Below the pieces are notes generated by a model, which did not search any database, had not been told where the DNA came from, and saw nothing but the letters and a program-made list of their open reading frames with translations. The translations under genes and the position numbers were made by a program. A stretch of 48,868 nt of DNA. It comes from Octopus bimaculoides. Lineage: Eukaryota. The stretch spans positions 116,892,985 to 116,941,852 of the forward strand of contig NC_068981.1 of assembly GCF_001194135.2 (NCBI RefSeq), in the 5' to 3' direction. Position 1 is the first letter of the stretch, and each line of letters begins with the position of its first letter. Shown here piece by piece: positions 11,316-22,069 of this stretch.

Positions 11316-11316
<1 letters not shown>

Positions 11317-11940
11317 CATGTTGTAACTTCCTTATGCATATAAGTATGTGCTGAAATGCTTGATTTTGGAAAATAACATCTTATTTGGTTTCTTGGAAAT
11401 AGAAAGAAAATTATTCCTGCTTAATTCCAACCTCATGGCTATTTTCCAAGAAACTCAATACGTTTTTTTGTCTACAATTTTCCAATATTTTCAATGTCTG
11501 TGTCTCTGCGCCTGTGTGCGTGTGCACACGCATAGGTGTATGTATGAATTAATGCATGTATGTGTGTATGTATGTATGTATGTATGTATGCATGTATGTA
11601 TGTATGTATGTATGTATGTATGTATGTATGTATGTATGTATGAATATGTATGCGTGTATCTGTACCAACTGAGATTTTCAAAATCTTTGTTATGCGATTG
11701 TTTACATTTCAATTACATATCTTTACATCTAGGTGTATTTTTCTCTACCATCTCAGGAGGTCAATAGAAATAAAGATCAGGAAAACTACATGGAGCTTAG
11801 ATCTTATTACAACCCTTGGACGAGGTGCCAAATCATGGCTGCAATCTATTGTCAGTATAAAAGATTAGAAGATCTCAACATCTTTTAGTATTTGCATTCT
11901 CTCTTTAATCCGATTTTCTTTTTGTTTTGTTTCGTTTTAG

Positions 11941-12187
11941 TTCCACATCCTGTAATTTAATGTGTTATTGTGTTTGCGAAATTTTTTTTTATATAATACC
12001 GATAGTTATGTGTCCACGGATCTGTTTAAAATTTAATGAATACGTGCAAGAAAAATTTTGTCTTGCTGCAGAGAAATCACAAGAAATACAAAGCGAGTTG
12101 TTAAAGCAAACTTATGAGATTACCAAACGTACGACAAAGACTAAAAGAAATCATAGCGATGAAACTATTTGCATTACTGTCTTATAA
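11941..12187 (+). CDS. Candidate terminal coding exon of an unknown host gene (hydrophobic segment, basic/Cys juxtamembrane stretch, C-terminal TVL)
   Basis: Long pyrimidine tract ending TTTTAG at 11940, then ~82 open codons in non-repeat sequence and an AT-rich downstream region with AATAAA motifs. No homology recognised and no upstream exon could be joined in frame. Confidence 0.22.
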
Positions 12188-12805
12188 AGAATTAGTGTCA
12201 TATAAACATTAGTGTCTTATAAATATACAAAAATACAAACAAAATTAATAAATACAAAATTCTTTAAAAACTATAAGAAAATATTAAATCTAATAATTTT
12301 CATATTTCATTTGTAAGTCCTTCAAAACAATAAATTTTAACAGAAATGCAAATCTGTGGATTTTGAAAAGTATTTTTTATTAATCTTTAGTCAGGTCTAC
12401 ACGCGTAAGTAAATCTCGAGTCATTGATTAAAAAAATAAATAAATAGCAACAAAATATTTCTATTGCATCAAATAGCCTAAGAGGTGTGGTGCACAAATA
12501 CTATCAACAATCCATAGAAGTATATATAGGATAGAAACAAAGAAAATGAATTACTACGGAAAGGTAACGCTTGCAATGCCAAAACAAGCAACATTCTGAC
12601 AGGAGTGTGTGAAAAAATTATTTTTAAATCTCAACAGAAAGTATGCTAAAAGAGGTGGTGACAAAAAATAGATAAAATGTCTTGTTGGCGAGGAGACGAG
12701 TAAGGTGAATAAAAATTTTTACTGAGTAAGCACTTATTGTTGGACCCGCTATGTATATATATAATATATATATATAATATTTATATATATATATATATAG
12801 ACACT

Positions 12806-13206
12806 GAAGTGGCTGTGTGGTAAGTGGCTTGCTTACCAACCACATAGTTCCGAGTTCATTCCCATTGCGTGGCACCTTGAGCAAGTGTCTTCTACTATAG
12901 CTTTGTGAGTGGATTTGGTAGACGGAAGCTGAAAGAAGCCCGTCGTATATATGTATATGTATGTATGTGTGTGTATATGTTTGTGTGTCTGTGTTTATCC
13001 CCCCAGCATCGCATGACAACCGATGGTTGTGTGTTTACGTCCCCGTAACTTAGCGGTTCGGAAAAAAGACCGATAGAATAAGTACTAGGCTTCCAAAGAA
13101 TAAGTCCTGGGGTCGATTTGCTCGACTAAAAGGCGGTGTTCCAGCATGGCCGCAGTCAAATGACTGAAACAAGGAAAAGAGTAAAAGAGTAAAAGAGTAA
13201 AAGAGT
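12806..13206 (+). mobile_element. tRNA-headed SINE family 1 with internal (TA/TG)n and (GAGTAAAA)n tail
   Basis: Head TGGCTGTGTGGTAAG...GAGTTCATTCCC; colinear with 19649-20020. About 18-nt internal deletion after CTATAGC. Octamer tail repeated about 3.5 times. Confidence 0.88.
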
Positions 13207-13969
13207 ATATATATATAATAGAGCACGGCAGTCGTGTGACTTACTCTTTTCTACGGTATACTTCAATTGACCATATATCTTGAATGAAACTTGTTTGATG
13301 TAAACTATATGGAAGGTCTTCCATGGGCGTGTCCCTGTTATTGGGTGGTAAACTTAATCCATCACCCGGTTTAAAGTAGTTGGCCATTGGTCATTAGACG
13401 CATTTATCTGCGTCCACTTCATTCTAAGTATTTTAACTTGATCTCCATATGATTTCTTTCTGTCTCCCCTTTACACTAGGATCCAATAACCTGAAAAGCG
13501 TAATTTCCTCATCATACCGCCTTTTTTTTATTTTCCTTTTTTCTTACGTAATATACATTTGCTCATATGAAGTATTGCAAAACTTTTCACTCTCTAGTGA
13601 TTATATTTCATTACCGCACTCATCAACTGAAATCTTAGGTCTGCTTCATTTCCTCTCTAGACACTCTAAATTCATTCAGTGGATATAGAGAACATACAAT
13701 ACAAATAGAAGTGTAGAATGTGTTCGGTTACTGGATGCTATATTTGACTTCTTCGTGAGTGTTAGGGCTATATTTGAACTCAGACGAGAACGAAGGAAAA
13801 CAACAAAATATTCAGTTCGACTCTCTATCGACTCAGCTTATTCACCTCCTAAATTCATTCCCTAATTCATCAAGCAAATCTATGTTTTAAGAAAGAATTC
13901 CAGTTTGATTATTCTGTCTTTTCCTCCGGTATAAAAAGCCTAGTGTAAAGGGGAGAAAGAATTTTTTGA

Positions 13970-14720
13970 GTAGGGGGTACTTGATTTATCGAACCCGGAA
14001 GAATGAAAGGCAAAGTCGACCTCGGTGGAATTCGCCCTGCCAGTTCGTCGCCTTTTAAAAGGCGGCGAGCTAGCAGAATCGTCAGCATGCCGAGCAAAGT
14101 TCTTAACGATATTTCGCCTGTTTTTACATTTTGAGTTCAAATTCAACCGAGGTTGATTTTCCCTTTCCTCCTTTCGGGGTCGATAAAATCAGTATCAATG
14201 GGCACTGTGCTCGATGCAAAATCTGACGAAATTCCGCTAAGCATTTTGTCCGGCATATTAACGACTCTGCCGTCTTGCTGCCTTTAAAACTTGTAATATT
14301 GGATTCAAGTTTTAGTACAAGGCCAGCAATTTCGGGGGAGGGGACTAGTCAATTACATCGACCCCAATGATCAAAGGTGAAAGGCAACATCGACCTTAGA
14401 GGAATTTGCACTCAGTTCGTGAAGCTGGGCGAAATACCGCTAAGCATCTTGTTTGGCCTACTAACGATTCTATCAGCTTGCCTCCTTTAATACTTCTAGT
14501 ATCAGTTTCAAATTTTGGCACATGGTTATCAATCTTAGGGGAGCGTATGTTGGTAACATCGACCCCAGTATCCAGCTGGTACTTGCTTTATCGCCCCCGA
14601 AGTGTTGAAAAACGAAGTCGGCCAATACAGTATTTGAACTCGGAAAGTAAAGACGGAGGAAATGACTCTAAGCATTATACCCAGCGTACTAACGATTCTG
14701 CCAGCTCACCCTCTTTAATA
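13970..14720. mobile_element. Cluster of five SINE family 2 copies or fragments (-,+,-,-,-)
   Basis: Repeated GGCGGCGAGCTGGCAGAATCGTTAG head and GTCGATAAA.TAAGTACCAG core. Head-to-head junction at 14049-14064. Confidence 0.85.
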
Positions 14721-15469
14721 CCTCACATGGATGTGAAATTCATAAACATATAATCAACGCCTATAAATGATGATTCAACGAGGCAATTCTTTGAGTTAGT
14801 TACATCACCCAAACCTTTACTCATAATAACCCCATTCATCTTGCAAAATTGAGTGACACATTACACAATGCTTCACAGAAGCACCAAATGTTCTTGTCTA
14901 GAATGTTTTTGATAATGAGTCTACTGAGCTAGTACTGACCTTGGGTTAACAAAGAACAACAACAATCTATAAACACATGGAAACACGGTATAGCTGCATA
15001 AATACTTTCTCTTTGTATAGTGTATTATGGAAGGCAAACCAGCATTTTCTCATCACAGTAATTTAGTTTCTTCTTTGCACGGGAAGAAATATGAATTATA
15101 GCAAATAATGTAAAATCTACTGCAATATATACTCGTAAACAGTAGAAAAGGTGAGTGAAAAAATACACTGGATGAAATATTGAGACACAGAAGATACAGA
15201 GTTGTATATAATAGAAGGGGAGGAGTAAAGCTTTCAAGCGCTAATGCGTGCTCTTGGACGTATACACACGCACACGTGCAAACAAGTGCACATATATGTG
15301 TATGTGTGTGTATTATGCGTATATATTTGTGTGTGTGTATTATACACATATATATATATATATATTATATACATACATATAAATATTTGTGTTTTTGTAT
15401 GTCAGTACGTATACGTGCTTTATATACGTTTAGTAAAAAAGTTAAAAAGAAAACCAAAGAGTGACGGGA

Positions 15470-15640
<171 letters not shown>

Positions 15641-16690
15641 AGATTATTTAACATACGACGATAAAATATCATTGTTGTTGTCAGTTATCTAATTAAAGCA
15701 GATTAAATAAATCTTAGACTGGATTTTGTCTGACAGAAATATTGAAAGAATTAGCAAGTCGTAAAGCGTCTTAAACGTTTATGTGACAGTCACCGTGATA
15801 AATCCGATTTCATAGCTTTAGGATTTGTCTTTGGAAAGCAAATAGGCAAACAAGCATAATGTAAAGCCTGAATAGTAAGGATATTTGGGCATAAGCAAAC
15901 ATGTAAACACCTAAACCATCTAGCGTGCAGAGATGCATGTTTATGTATGCCTTCAGAAAAGTTCACAAAGCACAATGCGTGCACTTTACTTTTTGTTGTT
16001 TTAAAATAAAATGAAAACAGATATGAATCATATAAAAGAAAAACAATTCTCCTATAATTGGATCCGTACACAAACACGTTGTTGTGCTACATGCGGATTA
16101 CAAGTTTTGTTACACTTATATACACACTGTACGCATGTTTAAAATCATATTCATGAAATCACAGACACACACAGAACTATATACATAGGCTTGCGTTCAC
16201 TACATATAGATGACGCTTATACATATCACTAAGGTAGTTTCTTTAGAGCAAAGACGGCTATTTTTACTTCTATCAAAAAGAAAATTTTTTAAATAGGAAT
16301 CTAGGCGTACGTCACCATAGCTTATATACACAAAAAATGATATAAATGCGGGATCGTGTATCCTTAATGAAGAAATTGAACAGAATGCTATAGTAAAAAA
16401 AATGTGAACTATTTGATTAGAATCGCTTCAAATAACAGATAAAATTATCGTATTTCTGTCACAGTTCACAAGTGTAAACGTAGACACAAATGGAATACAT
16501 CAAGCTAAATTGATCATCATTCTACAGTCTTTGATCAAGTATCTCATTGGCACAGATTACCAGACAAAATGCATTTTGAAGAATACTACACTACTCTTAA
16601 AGAGATGGTATATATGTATACATCAAAGCATGTATGTGTGTATGTATGTATACATACGTACATACATACATCCATGTATCATACATGCAT

Positions 16691-16722
<32 letters not shown>

Positions 16723-16726
16723 CCCC

Positions 16727-16779
<53 letters not shown>

Positions 16780-16794
16780 CATATATACATGTAT

Positions 16795-17085
16795 GGTACA
16801 CTCTCGCGTCGAAGACGACGTATAAGCGTTCAGCTTTTGCCGAACGACCTGCACAAGTGATTTTTTATAGTAGCCCAATGTTCGTATCGCACATCGGCTC
16901 ACTCTCCCCACTTAAATTGACGTTGTTTGAACAGATGCACGGTGACTACGCGTCAGGTGTCGAGGTGATCGTAGAGCAAAGTGAGATGAAATTTTTTTGC
17001 TCAAAAACACAACGCACCACCCTGTCTAGGAATTGAAACTACGATCTCGCGATCGTGAGTCCAACTCCATAACTTGTAGATCATA

Positions 17086-17090
<5 letters not shown>
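16795..17090 (-). mobile_element. Diverged tRNA-headed SINE (family 4)
   Basis: Minus strand: GCGTATGATCTACAAGTTATGGAGTTGGACTCACGATCGCGAGATCGTAGTTTCAATTCCTAGACAGGG tRNA-like head, then a GTGTTTTTGAGCAA segment. 3' TCGTCTTCGAC..GAGAGT resembles the family 3 tail. Confidence 0.6.
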
Positions 17091-17137
<47 letters not shown>

Positions 17138-17467
17138 CTCTCTCTCTCTTTCTTTCTATCTCTCTCTCTCTCATACACACACATATTTATGTCTGCCTGT
17201 GATGCTATACATGGTGTTGAATATATATTTATTAAGAACAGTTGGTGATTGATTCCGTTGTTACTTGGAGTGTAAGAACCATAAATTACACACGTGATCA
17301 GTCAGAAAATATTTGATGAATCCACAAACATGTATCGCCTGACTGATCATATGTAAACCTTATATTTGTGGCACTCAGTATTACAATGCAGCTCTCCCTT
17401 CTCTCTCTCTTTCTCTCTCACCCACTTTCTCTCTCGCTCACTTTCTCCGTCTCTCTTTCTCCCCCCC

Positions 17468-17500
<33 letters not shown>

Positions 17501-17544
17501 ATGAACACAGACTCATAGACATACATAAAGTGTGGATTAAGTAA

Positions 17545-17665
17545 TTCAGTTGCTCGATCAACTTCATTACCTGATCATCGAATTAATATGCAAGTGGCTA
17601 AGAATTTCATAGACAAGTGCATCTGTAATATAACTCTAAGGCCGAATCAGCGTTCCACGACTGTA
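17545..17665 (-). mobile_element. Diverged 3' fragment of SINE family 3
   Basis: gaattaatatgcaagtggctaagaatttcatagacaagtg aligns to the reverse complement of 28290-28340. Confidence 0.55.
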
Positions 17666-17859
17666 TCTATTAACTATAGATACGTTTAACCAGCTTCTTT
17701 ACGGTTTCTATAAACCCATCTTTACTCACATTGAATGAGTTGACTTCAAAGTAAAAACAATAACATTTTACATTATGGGTTCTCATGCTCGCGAGGCAAA
17801 ATTCTTAACAATACAGCTATGACAGATTTACTTGCATGGATATATAAATGTATACATTC

Positions 17860-18179
17860 ATACATAATACTTACTTACATGCATAGATACACACTTGCAG
17901 ACACACATGCATGCATGCATACGAACTTAAATATAAACATACATACATGCATACACACAAACATATATACATACATGCATGCATATATACATACATGCAT
18001 ACATGCATACATACATACAAACATACATACATGCATACATGCATACATACAAACATATATACATACATGCATGCGTGCATGCATGTATGTATATATGTTT
18101 GTATGTATGCATGCATGCATACGTACAAACATACATTCATACATGCATAAATGCATACATACAAACATACATACATACA

Positions 18180-18213
<34 letters not shown>

Positions 18214-18250
18214 CATATATACACACATACAAACATACAAATATACATAA
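17860..18250. repeat. Degenerate (CATA/CATG)n array with an internal inverted segment
   Basis: Directly visible; see the finding at 18038-18113. Confidence 0.95.
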
Positions 18251-18271
18251 CATATCTTCTTTAATCTTTTA

Positions 18272-18525
18272 TCTTTTACTTGTTTCAGTCATGAGACTGC
18301 GGTCATGCTGGGGCTCTCCTTGAAGAATTTTAGTCGAACGAATCGAGCAGTCATTTTTTTTTCATTTGAAGCCTTATACTTATTCGATCGGACTCCTTTC
18401 GCCGAACTGTTAACTTGCAGCGACATAGACACATGAACACTGGTTGTCAAGCAGTAGTGGGGCAAACACGAACACACAGATATATACACAGGTCGGGATC
18501 CTTTCATTTTCTACCTACCAACTAT
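18272..18525 (-). mobile_element. SINE family 1, 3' two-thirds
   Basis: Reverse complement aligns to 12915-13180. Confidence 0.75.
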
Positions 18526-18581
18526 ATAACGAAAGTTGATCCATAAATTCTGTCAGAAATACAAAAAAAAAAAAAAACTGT

Positions 18582-19159
18582 TTTGGTTGTCCGGAAAGTT
18601 CGTGCCGATTTATAGTAGGTTACCTTTCGACTTATTTTAGAACATGGTTGAGCCCATAAAATAGGATTTGACTACACCTCTATTTAGAGCACAGTTTAAG
18701 CTATCTTTTCGTGGAAGAAGGTTTATGTTCCTATAACCTGTGTTAATTCTGTAACCCTTTAAAATGGAAGGGAAGAAAATTCATTTTCGGCACTTGATGC
18801 TTCTCTTTTTCCGTAAAGGGGAAAATACCTCACAAGCGACCAAAGAAATATGCGCAGTTTACGGTGATGTTTCTTTATTCGAAAGAACTGTACGGAAGCG
18901 GTTCGCAAGGTTCCGAGCTGGAGATTGTAGCCGTATTGGTAAAGAGCGATCAGGCAGACCCTCCACTACAGTCATTAATTGAGAATAATCCACATTGCAC
19001 AACCCAAAAATTGGCAGAAAGCCTCAACCTATCAAAATCCGTCGTTCATGATCACCTAGTAAAGCTTGGGTACACAGATCGCTATGATGTTTGGGTACCA
19101 CATGAGTTGAGTGAGAAGAACGTTTTAGAAAACCGGCACGAACTTTCCGGATAACCCAA
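18582..19159 (+). mobile_element. Non-autonomous mariner: internal-deletion derivative with both TIRs and only the N-terminal HTH domain
   Basis: TIRs TT(T/G)GGTT(G/A)TCCGGAAAGTTCGTGCCG(A/G)TTT with TA after the right TIR. Transposase MEGKKIHFRHLML...ERSGRP...WVPHELSEKN then jumps to the right TIR. One frameshift. Confidence 0.92.
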
Positions 19160-19648
19160 TATTATTTGTAGAATTGTATAGTAGAAACCTAAGGCAATGA
19201 TGATTATAGTTATAGAGTGGGTCGTGTATTTAAAGTTTTTATTTATTAGGGAGTGATGGCTGTCTGTGTGCGCGCGCGTGTATAAAGATCTTATAGCTTA
19301 CGACAAACTGAAAAATAGAATGTTTAATATTCACTTCTATTCAAAAGTATTATAGCCGCCCGTGAATTAAGGTGACAGCAAGTAAGGACTGAAACCACTT
19401 CACAGTCTAAGCTTGAGTATTTGGAGGAAATAAAATGTTACCTCCAATAACATATGTTACCAGCAATTCCTTTTTGAAGTAATTAAATTTCCATTCGCAG
19501 GTTACAATTGAAAAAGTTCTCTTACAAATAGGTTTACTCAAGCACATAAAATATAGAAATAATATATTGATGACAAATTGTCATAAATATTTAGATTTAT
19601 TATAATTTATGATATATTTTTCTTTGGTCAAATGTTCCACGAGAAATA

Positions 19649-20020
19649 GGCGTAGGAGTGGCTGTGTGGTAAGTAGCTTGCTTAGGAGCCACATGGTTCC
19701 GGGTTCAGTCCCACTGCGTGGCACTTTGGACAAGTGTCTTCTACTTTTGCCTCGGGCCGACCAAAGCCTTGTGAATGGATTTGTTAGACGGAAACTGAAA
19801 GAAGGCCGTCGTATATATGTATATATATGTTTGTTTGTGTGTGTATGTTTGTGTTTCTGTATTTGTCCCCCCAACATCGGTTGACAACCGATGCTGGTGT
19901 GTTTACATCCCCGTAACTTAGCGGTTCGGCAAAAGAGATCGATAGAATAAGTACTAGGCTTACAAAAAATAAGTCAATGGCCACAGTCCATTGACTGAAA
20001 CAAGTATTAGAGTATAAGAG
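19649..20020 (+). mobile_element. tRNA-headed SINE family 1, near full length
   Basis: A-box-like TGGCTGTGTGG and B-box-like GGTTCAGTCCC. Deletion of ~35 nt near the 3' end relative to the 12806 copy. Confidence 0.9.
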
Positions 20021-20210
20021 TTATATAAACGAGTCATAATAAGGAAAAAATCTCCAGTTGTGTTCATCTTTGTTAAGCTGTTGCCAAGTTTAAAAAAGGC
20101 TGTTAAAAAAACAGAACCATAATTCCATATTCATAAGTGTAGTTGAGAGTGAATGAGTGAATGTTAGTGAGCATGTTTCTGAACGCACGCGCATATGCAC
20201 GTGTGCGCGT

Positions 20211-20251
<41 letters not shown>

Positions 20252-20455
20252 TGTGTGTGTATGTGTGTGTGTGTGTGCGTGTGCGTGTATCATGCTAATT
20301 AGCAGACCATTCTGTGATATAAGATTAGCATAACACTCGATTATCGATATGAAACGGTTTTTTTCCTTTTTATTATTTGAAATCACTCTCCGAAATGCGA
20401 CAGAAAACGACCTCGTATTTTGTTTGGAGCTAAAATTGAAAAGGAAAATATACTA

Positions 20456-20666
20456 CGGGGTGCTGAAAAGTTTCTAATTTTAAGGGTATCATGAAAGACC
20501 TGTTTGGAGCCCCAAGAGTCCGAGTTTTACATGGCTTACAAAAACTGAGAAACCGCTGCATTAAGTGTGTGAATCAAGGAGAAATATATGTTGGCTAAAA
20601 TCATAATCAACTGATCCTCCTGTATTTTCATTTACCCAAAGCCAGGAACTTTTCAGCAGCCCTTTG
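20456..20666 (+). mobile_element. ~210-bp mariner-type MITE retaining the transposase C-terminal codons
   Basis: TA|CGGGGTGCTGAAAAGTTTC ... GGAACTTTTCAGCAGCCCTTTG|TA imperfect TIRs. Internal KLRNRCIKCVNQGEIYV resembles the mariner KL..RW.KC....G.YV terminus. Confidence 0.75.
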
Positions 20667-20725
20667 TACAATAGAAAAGAAGTTGTTCTGAAGCAATAAA
20701 GCGCCTAAGATAAAACTTCAAAATA

Positions 20726-21125
20726 TTCCTTTCTACTATAAGCACAATGCATGAAATTTGTGGGGCTGGAGGTGGTAATTGATTACATGAATCCCAGTGC
20801 TGAACTGGTACTCATTTTATCGACCCCGAGAGGATGAGAGGCAGAGTCAACCTTCGCAGAATTTGTACTCAGAAAGTCAATACAGGCGAAAATGCCGCTC
20901 AGCATTTTGCTCGGCGTGCTAACGATTCTGCCACCTCTCCACGCTAACAAGATTTTTAAATATTAATTTCAGATTTTGGCGCAGGGCCAGCAATTTCGGG
21001 AGAAAGGTATGTCGATGTAATCGACCGACCTCGAAAGGATGAAAGACAGTCAACCTCGGTGGAATTCGAACCCAGAATGTAAACCCACTAAGCATTTTGT
21101 CTGGCGTGCTGCAAAATTGCCGCCC
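20726..21125 (-). mobile_element. Two tandem SINE family 2 copies
   Basis: Two head-to-tail copies. ACAAGATTTT(T/A)AAATATTAA lies between them and again after them. Confidence 0.82.
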
Positions 21126-21949
21126 TGACAAGATTTTAAAATATTAAGATCAGGACAACAAAAGTAATGAAGAGAGTTTTGGGAAAGGAACTACTAAAGT
21201 AGATTCCTTTATATATATATATATATGAATAGACAGTAATAACTGCGTGTTAATGCAGTCGGCAGTTTCACAAATGAGCTCTTTATCTATACAGAAATCA
21301 ATATTTATTTGTTGCCCAAAACCACTTTATGCGTTTTATTAACTTCATCTAGGTGATTGTTATTTTTATTTCTTTTTTCGACATGGGTTATGCAAGGCTA
21401 AATTGGGACAAAGTAATGTATTCCATCGTAATCTAACTTCGTAGGCATCATTTATATTCATTTCAATTTAGTTGTTTTCTAAGCCAATAATTTTCTAAAT
21501 TTCCTATTGGTGAACGATAAAATTCTGTTGGATATGTCTGCTTTACTAAAATTTAACCCCATTGTGTTGTTCACTATAGGAATATGGATACCAAAAAAGT
21601 CTGTAAGTTTTACACTAACGTCTATGATATCCCCGTAGGTGGTGAAAGTGCCTTCCTACATTCACAATGAGCACTGTTTTATACACCACAGATGTTTAAA
21701 CAAAATGAATGACTAAGCCCGGTTACCTTTTAAGATTAGGTTAGGTCAGTGAAGTTGAAGCAAGCCGGCATTTGTGTGAGGCCGAGATATCAGCTGTCAC
21801 TTACTAAAAAAACAAAAAACAGTACATAAACAAGCCCATATGTATTGCTTTTAAAATGATTCGTAACATTTCATCTAACCTAATAACATATTTCTCCCTG
21901 TATAATAATATAGAATAAGGAAATTAAATAGCTGCATGTCCGACATTTT

Positions 21950-22007
<58 letters not shown>

Positions 22008-22069
22008 CCATGTATTATGTGCGTGTGTTTGTGTGTATCCATGTATTATGTGCGTGTGCGCGCGTGTTG

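Noticed and set aside
13242-13490. Minus-strand segment with GTAAGT donor, TTTTCAG acceptor and several short hairpins
   Set aside because: All frames are closed, and hairpins of 5-7 bp are expected by chance.
21728-21805. Minus-strand exon-like segment with TTTTTTTAG acceptor and AAG|GTAACC donor
   Set aside because: Stops in all three frames. A non-coding exon cannot be supported without RNA data.
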